Below, in pieces: positions 25,108 through 34,329 of a stretch of 64,000 bases of DNA. Below the pieces are notes generated by a model. It did not search any database. It saw only the letters and a program-made list of their open reading frames with translations, and had not been told where the DNA came from. Origin of the DNA: Alphaproteobacteria bacterium (lineage in GTDB: Bacteria; Pseudomonadota; Alphaproteobacteria; M2410); the NCBI GenBank assembly GCA_006226415.1, contig SBGZ01000054.1, forward strand, positions 1,554-65,553. The letters run 5' to 3'. Each line of letters starts with the position of its first letter. The stretch's first letter is position 1. Made by a program: the position numbers and the translations under genes.

Positions 25108-27747
25108 ATGCAATTTCTGTCTGACATAGCGACAAACCGTCCGAAGACCATCATGCGGGTAACCGCACTTCTTAGCGTCCTCTTGATTGCCTTGGTGGCG
25201 GTGCCCTCCCTTGCGCCGAACGCAGCGCCGTTCCTGAGTGGTGTCAAAATTGATACCGACCCGGAAAACATGCTGCCCGCTGAAGAGCCCGTGCGGGTCT
25301 ATCACAATGCCCAAAAGAAAAACTTCGCGCTTCACGATATGGTGGTCGTGGGGGTTGTCGACAATGAGAGCCCTCAAGGTGTTTTCACCGTTGAGACCCT
25401 GAAAGAGATTTACGCGCTGACCGACTATGCCAAGTCACTGCGCTGGCAGGATGACGAAGGTGTTTGGCACGGTGTCATCGAGAAGGACTTGATGTCGCCC
25501 TCGACCGTCGACAACATTGAGCAAGCCGGTCTCGGGAGTGTGTCTTTCAATTGGCTTATGCAGACCCCGCCGGAAACCGAAGAAGAAGCGGCAGAGATCG
25601 CCAAGGCAGCGCTTAATCTGCCCATGCTAAATGGCACGCTGATCTCTGAAGACGGCAAGGCCGCCGCGCTTTACATCCCCATTGAACTTAAAGCTGACGG
25701 CTACGATGTCGCCCGGCAGCTCAAGGCCGAGTTTGAAACCTTCTCCGGTCCCGCCACCTATTACGTCACCGGCATGCCAGTGGCACAGGACCAGTTCGGC
25801 GTCGAAATGTTCGTGCAAATGGCCATTTCCGCCCCGGCGGCCATGGTGCTGATCTTCCTGCTCATGTGGTTTTTCTTCCGTCAGGTCAATCTGATCATCG
25901 CGCCCATGCTGGTCGCCATGGCTTCCGTTGTCTTTACCATGGGTCTCTTGATTGTGACGGGCAATACGGTCCACATCATGAGCTCGATGATCCCGATTTT
26001 CATCATGCCCATCGCGGTCCTGGACTCGGTGCACATCCTGTCGGATTTCTTTGACCGCTATAAGGAAACAGGAGATCGCAAGGCAACCTTGAAAGCAGTC
26101 ATGAGCGAGCTTTCCGCGCCCATGTTCTTTACCTCGCTGACCACCTTTGCGGGCTTTGTTTCGCTCACCTTGACGCCTATTCCGCCGGTTCAGGTCTTCG
26201 GCTTCTTCGTCGCGCTGGGTGTCATGGCGGCCTGGGCTTTTACCATCACCATGATCCCGGCCTATATCATGTTGATGCCGGAAAAATCCTTTGCCAACTT
26301 TGGCATGGAAAAAAATCATGAAGATCATGGCCCGCTTGGCAATGCCTTGCAGGCGGTCGGACGCTTTACATTCCGCCATGCCAAATTCGTGATTTTGTTG
26401 ACGGCGGTTTTCGGTGTTATTGCCTATGTCGGCATTCAGAAAATCACGATCAACGACAATCCCGTAAAGTGGTTTGCCCCCTCTCATGAAATTCGCGTTG
26501 CGGACAAGGCGCTCAACGAACGCTTCGCCGGCACCTATATGGCCTATCTGGTGTTGGAGGCGGACGAAAGCGCGCTCTCTGATGCGGATGAAATCGCAGG
26601 CCTGAAATCAGCGCTCAAGCAGTCTGGCCTGGAGGTGGCACCGGATCTTCTGGTGCGCACCGAAGAGATGGATGCCAGAGCCATGTCTTTTGCCGCGATC
26701 CTGAGTGCGCTCACCAGCTACTCAGAAGAACGTCTTGACGGGGCCGGCGATGACGAATGGATGGCCTGGGATGATGCGCTTATTTTCCTAGGCGGTTTTG
26801 AGGGGCGCGAAGCGCTCTTTAAAGATCCGGAGGTCTTGAACTTTGTGTCGGAGTTGGAAGATTATCTCCTTCAGACCGGCCTGGTCGGCAAAAGTTCCTC
26901 CGTTGTGGATGTGGTCAAGACCGTTCACCGCGAACTCTATGAAGGCGCCCCGGAAGCTTACCGCATCCCGGCAACACGCGATGCGGTGGCTCAAACCCTG
27001 CTAACCTTCCAGAACAGCCACCGTCCGGACGACCTTTGGCACTTCGTGACCCCGGACTACACATCGGCCAATCTGTGGATTCAATTGAAATCCGGTGACA
27101 ACAAAGACATGAGCGCGCTCGTGGATGCCGTGGAAGAATTCTTCGCAGACAACGAAGCTCCCATAGCGCTCAAGCACAATTGGTTTGGTCTCACTTACAT
27201 CAATGTCATCTGGCAGCAGCAGATGGTCAGCGGCATGATGGAAGCGTTCCTCGGGTCCTTCATCGTGGTCCTGATCCTGATGACCGTTCTGTTCAGGTCG
27301 ATCCTGTGGGGTCTCCTTGCCATGGTGCCGCTGACGGTCACCATTGCCATGATCTATGGCCTCATTGGTTTGATCGGCAAAGACTACGACATGCCCGTTG
27401 CCGTTCTCTCCTCGCTCAGTCTCGGATTGGCGGTCGATTATGCGATCCACTTCCTGGCGCGCAGTCGCTATCACCGTGCGCTTCGGGGCAGCTGGGAAGA
27501 GACCGTACCTGAGGTCTTCGGCGAGCCAGCGCGCGCCATTACCCGAAATGTCATCGTGCTGGGCGTTGGCTTCCTGCCGCTTCTGGCGGCGCCGCTGGTG
27601 CCCTACAACACCGTTGGCATTTTCATCTCGGCAATCTTGTTGCTGGCCGGCTTTGCCAGCATCTTCATTCTCCCGGCCTTGATCAAGCTGATGCAGCCCT
27701 GGCTGTTTCGCAAGGCTGTCCCCCCACAAGCCCAAGTAAAGGAGTGA
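25108..27747 (+). CDS. RND-superfamily exporter (MMPL/SSD-type, COG1033-like)
   Basis: 879 aa with two 6-TM bundles, each preceded by a large periplasmic loop. Its stop overlaps the next ORF. Confidence 0.8.
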   Translation: MQFLSDIATNRPKTIMRVTALLSVLLIALVAVPSLAPNAAPFLSGVKIDTDPENMLPAEEPVRVYHNAQKKNFALHDMVVVGVVDNESPQGVFTVETLKEIYALTDYAKSLRWQDDEGVWHGVIEKDLMSPSTVDNIEQAGLGSVSFNWLMQTPPETEEEAAEIAKAALNLPMLNGTLISEDGKAAALYIPIELKADGYDVARQLKAEFETFSGPATYYVTGMPVAQDQFGVEMFVQMAISAPAAMVLIFLLMWFFFRQVNLIIAPMLVAMASVVFTMGLLIVTGNTVHIMSSMIPIFIMPIAVLDSVHILSDFFDRYKETGDRKATLKAVMSELSAPMFFTSLTTFAGFVSLTLTPIPPVQVFGFFVALGVMAAWAFTITMIPAYIMLMPEKSFANFGMEKNHEDHGPLGNALQAVGRFTFRHAKFVILLTAVFGVIAYVGIQKITINDNPVKWFAPSHEIRVADKALNERFAGTYMAYLVLEADESALSDADEIAGLKSALKQSGLEVAPDLLVRTEEMDARAMSFAAILSALTSYSEERLDGAGDDEWMAWDDALIFLGGFEGREALFKDPEVLNFVSELEDYLLQTGLVGKSSSVVDVVKTVHRELYEGAPEAYRIPATRDAVAQTLLTFQNSHRPDDLWHFVTPDYTSANLWIQLKSGDNKDMSALVDAVEEFFADNEAPIALKHNWFGLTYINVIWQQQMVSGMMEAFLGSFIVVLILMTVLFRSILWGLLAMVPLTVTIAMIYGLIGLIGKDYDMPVAVLSSLSLGLAVDYAIHFLARSRYHRALRGSWEETVPEVFGEPARAITRNVIVLGVGFLPLLAAPLVPYNTVGIFISAILLLAGFASIFILPALIKLMQPWLFRKAVPPQAQVKE

Positions 27748-27752
27748 CTTTC

Positions 27753-28553
27753 ATGACCCGAAACATTCGTAAAATGACCATTGCACTGGCAGCCATTCTG
27801 ACAACAGCGACCTCGGCATGGGCTATGGACGTGGATGAAATTGTCGCCAAGGCCAACGAGGTTTCCTACTACCAGGGCGACGATGGCCGCGCCAAAGTCA
27901 ACATGACCATCACCGATGATCAGGGCCGCGAGCGCACCCGCGCCTTTGTCATTCTGCGCAAGGATAATGAGCCGGGCGCGGGAAGTGGCGAGCAGAAGTT
28001 TTATGTTTATTTCTCCCGCCCCACGGACGTCAACAAGACCGCCTTCCTGGTTTGGAAGCACATGGACAAGGACGATGACCGCTGGCTCTATCTGCCGGGT
28101 CTGGATCTCGTCAAGCGCATCGCCGCCAGCGACAAGCGGTCAAGCTTTGTCGGTTCGAACTTCTTCTATGAGGATGTTTCCGGCCGCAATCCGGATCTTG
28201 ATAACCATGTGCTGGTCGAGGAAAACGACACCTACTACGTTCTGGACAGCACGCCGAAGGACAAGTCGGGCGTAGAGTTTGCTTCGTACAAAAGCTGGAT
28301 CCACAAAGCGACCTTCCTGCCGATCAAGATCGACTACCTCAATGAGGCGGGTGAGGTTTACCGCACCTATGAAGCCCTCAATGTGGAAGAGGTCGGCGGC
28401 TTCATGACTGTTACCGCCTCGAAGATGACGGACGTCAAGGCCGGAAGCTCGACCTCCATGACATATTCGGACGTAGCCTACGATATGGGGCTCGAAGATG
28501 ATATCTTCTCCGAGCGCTATCTGCGTAATCCGCCGCGAAATCTGCTGCGATAG
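27753..28553 (+). CDS. LolA-like outer-membrane lipoprotein-sorting protein
   Basis: Signal peptide ending SAWA. AAGGAG lies 8 nt upstream of the ATG at 27753. Blocks YVYFSRPTDVNKTAFLVW and RWLYLPGL are typical of the LolA_like family that accompanies COG1033 exporters. Confidence 0.65.
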   Translation: MTRNIRKMTIALAAILTTATSAWAMDVDEIVAKANEVSYYQGDDGRAKVNMTITDDQGRERTRAFVILRKDNEPGAGSGEQKFYVYFSRPTDVNKTAFLVWKHMDKDDDRWLYLPGLDLVKRIAASDKRSSFVGSNFFYEDVSGRNPDLDNHVLVEENDTYYVLDSTPKDKSGVEFASYKSWIHKATFLPIKIDYLNEAGEVYRTYEALNVEEVGGFMTVTASKMTDVKAGSSTSMTYSDVAYDMGLEDDIFSERYLRNPPRNLLR

Positions 28554-28565
28554 GAGTTCGAGGTC

Positions 28566-29927
28566 ATGACCCTCAAAAATACTTTCCTCACTCTTGCCCT
28601 CCTCGGCGCGGTCTACAGCCCGGCCGCGCTGGCGGATGGTCCCTCCTTGCCGCCAGGCCTTGGTGGCCCCAGTCTCCCCTCAGGCCTTGGCGACAAGGAG
28701 GCAGAGGTGACTGAGAAGGAAGAGGCGCCGGAACCGGCTTTCAATGTGACCGGCTTCATTGAGGCGCGGGCGGGGACGCGGCTGCAGGATGCTCAAGGCT
28801 ATGACGATTGGACCCTGGGTGAACTGCGCGGCCAGCTTTCCCTCGACGGCATGACCGATACCTTGACCTGGCGCATCACCGCCGATGCGGTTCTCGACCC
28901 TGTACTCGAAGAATATGGGCCGGACCTTGGCCGCGGTGAGGGCGTGCTGGATCTGCGTGAGGCCTGGGCGCTGTTCCGCCCGTCAGGCAACATGGACCTG
29001 AAACTTGGTCGCCAGATCCTCACCTGGGGGACGGGAGACCTTCTCTTTATCAATGACCTCTTTCCCAAAGACTGGAATGCTTTCTTCATTGGCCGGGACG
29101 TGGAATACCTCAAAGCCCCGTCAGATGCCTTGAAGCTTTCCTGGTATGGCGCCAAGGCGAGTGTTGATCTTGTGGTCACACCGCAGTTTGATCCGGACCG
29201 CGCCATCGATGGCCGCATTCTAACCTACTACAATCCTATGACAGGCAGTGTGAACACGTCTCCCGCCGCGTTGCGGGTCCAATCTGAAAATGGTCCGGAA
29301 GTCGCTGCGCGGCTCTATGGCCAATCCGGGTCTACGGAATGGGCGCTTTATTATTACAACGGCTATTGGAAGAGCCCAGCCGGTTTTGACATTGTGGATC
29401 TGAAAGCGACCTATCCGGAACTTGCCGTTTATGGCGCCAGTGTCCGCGCGCCGATGCTAGGCGGCATCGGCAATGCGGAGGTGGGATATTACGACAGCCG
29501 TGATGAAAAGAGTGGCGCTGATCCTTTCACGCCCAACAGCCAGTGGCGTTTCCTTGTGGGCCTCGAACGTGAAATAGTGCCGGACCTGACAGGTGCGGTT
29601 CAGTATTACGTTGAAAAAACGGAGGACTATGACGCCTATCTGGGGGCGTTGTTACCAGGCATGCCAAAGGTCGATGAGTATCGCCAGGTCCTGACCTTGC
29701 GTTTGACCCAGCAACTCATGAACCAGAACCTGGTTTTGAGCGGCTTTAACTTCTATTCGCCGACCGATGAGGATGGCTACCTGCGCCTCAATGTGGCTTA
29801 CAAGGTCACCGATGCCTTGCGCGTCGAAGCCGGTAGTAATTTCTTCTACGGCGCGGCGAACACCAGCTTCTTCGGCCAGTTTGAAGATAACTCAAATATC
29901 TATGTGGCCCTTCGCCGGAGCTTTTAG
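28566..29927 (+). CDS. Outer-membrane beta-barrel protein (third member of the exporter trio)
   Basis: 453 aa with a signal peptide ending ALA. Tandem GPSLPPGLG/GPSLPSGLG motif, then beta-strand periodicity. C-terminal ...VALRRSF. Confidence 0.55.
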   Translation: MTLKNTFLTLALLGAVYSPAALADGPSLPPGLGGPSLPSGLGDKEAEVTEKEEAPEPAFNVTGFIEARAGTRLQDAQGYDDWTLGELRGQLSLDGMTDTLTWRITADAVLDPVLEEYGPDLGRGEGVLDLREAWALFRPSGNMDLKLGRQILTWGTGDLLFINDLFPKDWNAFFIGRDVEYLKAPSDALKLSWYGAKASVDLVVTPQFDPDRAIDGRILTYYNPMTGSVNTSPAALRVQSENGPEVAARLYGQSGSTEWALYYYNGYWKSPAGFDIVDLKATYPELAVYGASVRAPMLGGIGNAEVGYYDSRDEKSGADPFTPNSQWRFLVGLEREIVPDLTGAVQYYVEKTEDYDAYLGALLPGMPKVDEYRQVLTLRLTQQLMNQNLVLSGFNFYSPTDEDGYLRLNVAYKVTDALRVEAGSNFFYGAANTSFFGQFEDNSNIYVALRRSF

Positions 29928-29958
29928 TGAAAGCTTCGCCTCACCCTGAGGGCGGAGG

Positions 29959-31185
29959 TCAGCTTGCTTGGGATAGGCGGCGAACCTTGCAGGCATCCAG
30001 CGCCCGGGTGAGGTCGTCAACGATATCCTCAATGCTTTCAAGGCCTGCCGAAAGACGGATCAATCCATCGCTGATGCCGTGGCGAGCGCGCTCTTCCGGC
30101 GTATAGGCCGAGTGGGTCATAGTGGCGGGATGCTGCACCAGCGTCTCCGGATCGCCCAGGCTCACCGCGCGCTGAACCAGTGAGACGCTGTCGATGAACT
30201 TGCGTCCCATCAGCATGCCGCCTTTCAATTCAAAGGCCATCATGCCGCCCGGCTGCGCCATTTGCGCTTCTGCCAGTTCATATTGCGGATAGCTCTGAAG
30301 GCCCGGATAAAAGACCCGCTCCACCATCGGATGGGCTTCCAGCATATCGGCAATCACTTTGGCCGCTTTCACATGTCGGTCCATGCGGAGTTCCAGGGTC
30401 TTAAGGCCGCGCATGATGAGCATGGCGCTAAAGGGAGACATCACCGCGCCGGTCATGTCTTTAAGGCCTTCCAGACGGATACGCTGAATATCTTCTGCCC
30501 CGCCGACGACAGCGCCGGCAACCAGGTCGCCATGTCCGCCCAAATACTTCGTGGCCGAGTGGATAACCAGATCCGCGCCAAGGGCGAGCGGATTTTGCAG
30601 GTAAGGGGTCGCATAGGTGTTGTCGACAATCACCTTGGCCCCCTTCGTGTGGGCGATCTCAGCCACCCGCGCAATATCCACGAGCCGCATATTGGGATTG
30701 GCAGGCGTTTCAAAATAAACGATGCGAGTTTGATCGGTGAGGGCGCCTTCAAGGTTTTCAGGGTCGCGCAGATCCACCGGCGTCACCTTGATGCCGAACT
30801 TGGCAAGACCTGACCGCAGGAATGCAAACGTGCAGCCGTAAAGCGTCTCGTCCATGACCACTTCCGCGCCGGGCTCAATAAAGGTCCAGAAGGTGGCGGT
30901 AATAGCGCCCATGCCCGAGGCCGTGACCAGGCCCGCTTCAGCGCCTTCCAGCGCTGCCAGTCGCCGCTCTAGAAGGTCGAGCGTCGGGTTGGAAATACGG
31001 CTGTAAAAATGGCCCTCCCGCACGCCGGCAAAAAGGTCGCCCCCATGCTGGGCATCTTCGAAGGTAAAGGTGGAGGAAAAATGTACTGGCGGCACCAGAG
31101 CATGATCATGATCGGCCGGATCATACCCCTCATGAATGGCGCGCGTGGCAAAGCCCTTAAGACCGGTCTTGCTGGACATTTTCAT
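29959..31185 (-). CDS. Methionine gamma-lyase / Cys-Met-metabolism PLP enzyme
   Basis: 408 aa. PLP-lysine motif [12 protein letters not shown]. Divergent from an Lrp-type regulator, as in mdeR-mdeA arrangements. Confidence 0.85.
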   Translation of the reverse strand: MKMSSKTGLKGFATRAIHEGYDPADHDHALVPPVHFSSTFTFEDAQHGGDLFAGVREGHFYSRISNPTLDLLERRLAALEGAEAGLVTASGMGAITATFWTFIEPGAEVVMDETLYGCTFAFLRSGLAKFGIKVTPVDLRDPENLEGALTDQTRIVYFETPANPNMRLVDIARVAEIAHTKGAKVIVDNTYATPYLQNPLALGADLVIHSATKYLGGHGDLVAGAVVGGAEDIQRIRLEGLKDMTGAVMSPFSAMLIMRGLKTLELRMDRHVKAAKVIADMLEAHPMVERVFYPGLQSYPQYELAEAQMAQPGGMMAFELKGGMLMGRKFIDSVSLVQRAVSLGDPETLVQHPATMTHSAYTPEERARHGISDGLIRLSAGLESIEDIVDDLTRALDACKVRRLSQAS

Positions 31186-31315
31186 ACCTCCTCATAGATG
31201 GCGAGAGTTGGACTCGCTTTCAGCGCAATAATATCACTGCAGGGAGGTCAAAAAATTGCGTTTAAAGCCAATGATATGCTAGAAAAGGGCAGAAACTGCT
31301 AAAAAAGAGCAAAAG

Positions 31316-31780
31316 ATGGACAAAATTGATCGCAAAATCATACGAGAACTCCAGACCAACGGGCGCCTGACCAATCATGAATTGGCGGACCGGGTGGGCC
31401 TGTCGCCCTCACCTTGCCTGCGCCGGGTGCGGGGGCTGGAAGAGCGGGGCGTTATTCAGGGCTATACGGCGATTGTGGATCAGGAAAAATTCGGCCTGCC
31501 CATCAATGTCTTTGTCCAGGTCAAGCTCGACCGGCCTTCAGAGGAAAACATCCGGTCCTTCGAAGATCACATAAGGGCCATTGATGAGGTATTGGAGTGC
31601 TACCTCATGACAGGCACCAATGACTACATGCTGCATGTGGTCAGCGAAAGCCTTCAGACCTATGAGCGCCTGATGAAGGAAAAGCTCACCAAAATTCCCG
31701 GTATCGGGTCCATTGAATCAGGCTTTGCCTTTGGTCTGACCAAGAAGAAGACAACCTTTCCGCCGCTCACAAGCAGCTAA
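31316..31780 (+). CDS. Lrp/AsnC-family transcriptional regulator
   Basis: MDKIDRKIIRELQTNGRLTNHELADRVGLSPSPCLRRVRGLEERGVI plus a RAM domain. Confidence 0.9.
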   Translation: MDKIDRKIIRELQTNGRLTNHELADRVGLSPSPCLRRVRGLEERGVIQGYTAIVDQEKFGLPINVFVQVKLDRPSEENIRSFEDHIRAIDEVLECYLMTGTNDYMLHVVSESLQTYERLMKEKLTKIPGIGSIESGFAFGLTKKKTTFPPLTSS

Positions 31781-31917
31781 AACGCACCAAGCTGGATGCC
31801 GGACACGGCCACCCGATTGCAACAAGTGTGACATTTGCTGCGAAAGTGCGGTGTTGTGGAGAAAAATCACCATAAATAGCGGCTAAGACATCATATCCTA
31901 TGGTGTGGGCATGGTGA

Positions 31918-32310
31918 ATGGAGCGCTCCAACACAGTCCCAGGTCTACAGGCCAAGAGAGCCGAATTAGTCAAACTCCGTAAACACTTGGTTGGTGAGTC
32001 AAAGAAAGTGTTATGCGACATAGATCACTTGGCTGCCTGTATACGGTTATTTGATCCCAACGCCGCACTGGAGGGCGTCGGGTTCAATAGCTACGCAGCA
32101 CAGCACCCTGCGCCCAAGGGTCACCAAAAGCGATTCATCTTTTCCGCCTTACGTAAGGCGGCAGGACCAATGACTTCACGACAAATCACAGAAACGTGGA
32201 TAAAAGATCGCGGGCTCAGCCCAGATGAAAGCACGTTTGCAATACTCCGCAAGAGAAACGGGGAATGCCTGAAATCCTTTTGCAATAAGGAAATTGTCGA
32301 AGGGGCATGA
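31918..32310 (+). CDS. Hypothetical protein (islet)
   Basis: 130-aa ORF in the more AT-rich islet, with a possible winged-helix segment. Its 3' part is overlapped by the antisense ORF 32176..32553, so the call is uncertain. Confidence 0.35.
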   Translation: MERSNTVPGLQAKRAELVKLRKHLVGESKKVLCDIDHLAACIRLFDPNAALEGVGFNSYAAQHPAPKGHQKRFIFSALRKAAGPMTSRQITETWIKDRGLSPDESTFAILRKRNGECLKSFCNKEIVEGA

Positions 32311-32743
32311 CATGACGGCGAATACAAGCTGTGGAAACATAAATAGTAGCATCGGCATATGGCTTGGTATGAAAAGTTCTCTTTCTGCGGGCAAAGCCTC
32401 CCATGAGGCGAGAGCGTCGAAGTATTTCCTAGTGGCAGCCTTCTCCGTTCTCCCCGCCACGCCGATTCTTAGCAGGGCTTGATCTGTGGATATCGCCAGC
32501 CCGCCGCCACATTCGCGCGGGGTCGCCCTCACAAAAACCATGTTTTCTTTCATATTCCAACCCTTCGTAGTTTAATGAGTACTAAGTTGTTGTACATTGC
32601 GCAGGATAAAAAAACAATAAATTCAAGTAGTTGATGGACATATGGGGGGTTAAGCTGCGTAACAGTAACCAAAAAACACATCTTGACCTCTGTCCGGAGC
32701 GGGTGTAAGAAGGTGTTTCCAACGAAATACAGAGGCGGATGTT

Positions 32744-33460
32744 ATGCCTGTACACCAAGACAAGCCAGCACCATATGCGCCAACCTCGGCCATTATGGAC
32801 ATCATTATGCGGCACCGAACCAAGGGACTGCCGTCGCCGGTTGACGCTGATGTGCTCGGCCGAGCCGGAATTTCGGATAGCCTAATCTCGCGGACGCTTC
32901 AGGCTCTAGAAACGCTTGACCTAATTGACGAGAACGGAGCACCCACAAAGGTCTTTGAGGGAATCCGTTTGGCACCAGAAGCGGACTTCAAGGTGAAGCT
33001 TGACGAGTGGCTTAGATCTGCATACGCGGACGCGCTTCTATTTGTTGATCCAGAAACAGCAGATGACACCAGCATTCGTGATGCCTTTCGGGGCTACAAG
33101 CCAATTGGGCAGCAGCCGCGAATGGTAACATTGTTTACTGGCCTTTTTGCAGCAGCCGGGGTTAGACCCGAAAAGCAAGAAACAAAGCCACGTAAGCCAA
33201 GAGCAGAATCGTCGCCGAGACAGACAAAGCGCACGCCACGCAAACCATCGGCTGGCCAGACTAGCAAGCAGGATCAATCATCCTTCTCGGGAAATTTACC
33301 CCCCGCGCTGGCTGGACTGCTTGCAAGTCTTCCGGATGAGGGCGGAACGTGGACGCAAAATGATCGTGATGCGTTCGTTACCACCTTCGAGGCCGTCTTG
33401 AACTTCTGCTACAAGGTCGCCGAAAATGAGGGCGAAGAAGAAATTGCCGATTCGGCATAA
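32744..33460 (+). CDS. Hypothetical protein with disordered Lys/Pro/Ser-rich linker (islet)
   Basis: 238-aa ORF with a structured N-terminal domain and a low-complexity linker (KQETKPRKPRAESSPRQTKRTPRKPSAGQTSKQDQ). Followed by a strong hairpin. Confidence 0.5.
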   Translation: MPVHQDKPAPYAPTSAIMDIIMRHRTKGLPSPVDADVLGRAGISDSLISRTLQALETLDLIDENGAPTKVFEGIRLAPEADFKVKLDEWLRSAYADALLFVDPETADDTSIRDAFRGYKPIGQQPRMVTLFTGLFAAAGVRPEKQETKPRKPRAESSPRQTKRTPRKPSAGQTSKQDQSSFSGNLPPALAGLLASLPDEGGTWTQNDRDAFVTTFEAVLNFCYKVAENEGEEEIADSA

Positions 33461-33463
33461 AGA

Positions 33464-33490
33464 AAACCCTCGGGGCTGAACCGAGGGTTT
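33464..33490 (+). terminator. Hairpin after the 238-aa ORF
   Basis: aaaccctcgg (33464-33473) pairs with ccgagggttt (33481-33490): 10 bp with a 7-nt loop. The only U-run is the ttt at the 3' end of the right arm. Confidence 0.5.
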
Positions 33491-33661
33491 CGCGGTCTGT
33501 AGTGGTTGGGTACTCCAGTGCAGGTCGGCAGCGGCGTAGGCCGTAACAGGGGCTAGTTAGTTGGTATCGACTGCTAGCCCCACACTACCAAAGCGCCAAT
33601 CCGCAAATCCGGTCGCGGGGAAGGCGGAGGCAGGTGTATCATGATATGAATCGCATGCTCA

Positions 33662-33697
33662 CGCGTCAGTGATTTACCCCCACTGACGCGTCTTTGT
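33662..33697 (+). terminator. Orphan hairpin plus T-rich tail in the non-coding islet region
   Basis: cgcgtcagtg (33662-33671) pairs with cactgacgcg (33681-33690), followed by tctttgt. No annotated gene lies upstream. Confidence 0.35.
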
Positions 33698-34112
33698 ACA
33701 AAAAACCCCCATAAATTTCAAGTGTTTAGAAATTGCGAGTCGCATCAAGGGCTAGGCGAGCACACTGCCAATACCCCACCCAACTCCTTGAAATCGGTGC
33801 CGCCGTGGCAGCGTGGACGATACTTCAAAACTGAGCGCCGTTAACGATCCTACGAGGATCCTCGCGTCATGCCATTTCCGCGCAGCAGGAGGACAGATGT
33901 TTCCGGGCGATATGGTGATGCGTCCCGATCTCCGCACGGCGCAAGCGGCTAAAGAACGACACAGCCAAATTGGTGCTAGCACCATCCTTTGAATATGCGC
34001 ATTTGTGATTGATACGCTCTCTCATGTGTATGGAAGCGATAGACACAACGCCTTTGCAACTACCAAGCAATCCAAGCAAAGCGGCTTAACAAATTGTTTT
34101 AAGGGGGAGAAA

Positions 34113-34185
34113 CGGGCGTGGCGGGACTCGAACCCGCGACTGCCCGTTTACCGAACGGCTACTCTACCAACTGAGCTACACGCCG
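34113..34185 (-). tRNA. tRNA-Thr(GGU)-like gene with non-canonical positions
   Basis: A manual cloverleaf of the reverse complement gives: D arm GCTC/GAGT, anticodon arm GCCGT-TCGGTAA-ACGGG, T arm GCGGG-TTCGAGT-CCCGC, acceptor CGGCGTG/CACGCCC. The deviations are C1:C72, C33 and G27:G43. No CCA is encoded. Confidence 0.65.
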
Positions 34186-34329
34186 ACCTCATAAATAAGT
34201 CGGTTCTCTTTACCTTCAAGAGCAAAAATCAAAAAGATTGGTAAGTTTGCTCCATAATACCGCGAAAGTGCGAAGACTCGCGCCAAATTCCTGTGTTATT
34301 ATCCGCGCAACAATAATTGGGAGGACAAG

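Noticed and set aside
32176-32553. 125-aa minus-strand ORF in the islet
   Set aside because: It overlaps the 3' third of the 130-aa plus-strand ORF. Neither has a recognisable family and I cannot decide which, if either, is real. I listed only the plus-strand ORF, at low confidence.
34005-34244. 79-aa ORF spanning the tRNA-like gene
   Set aside because: It is antisense to, and fully overlaps, the tRNA structure, so it is spurious.
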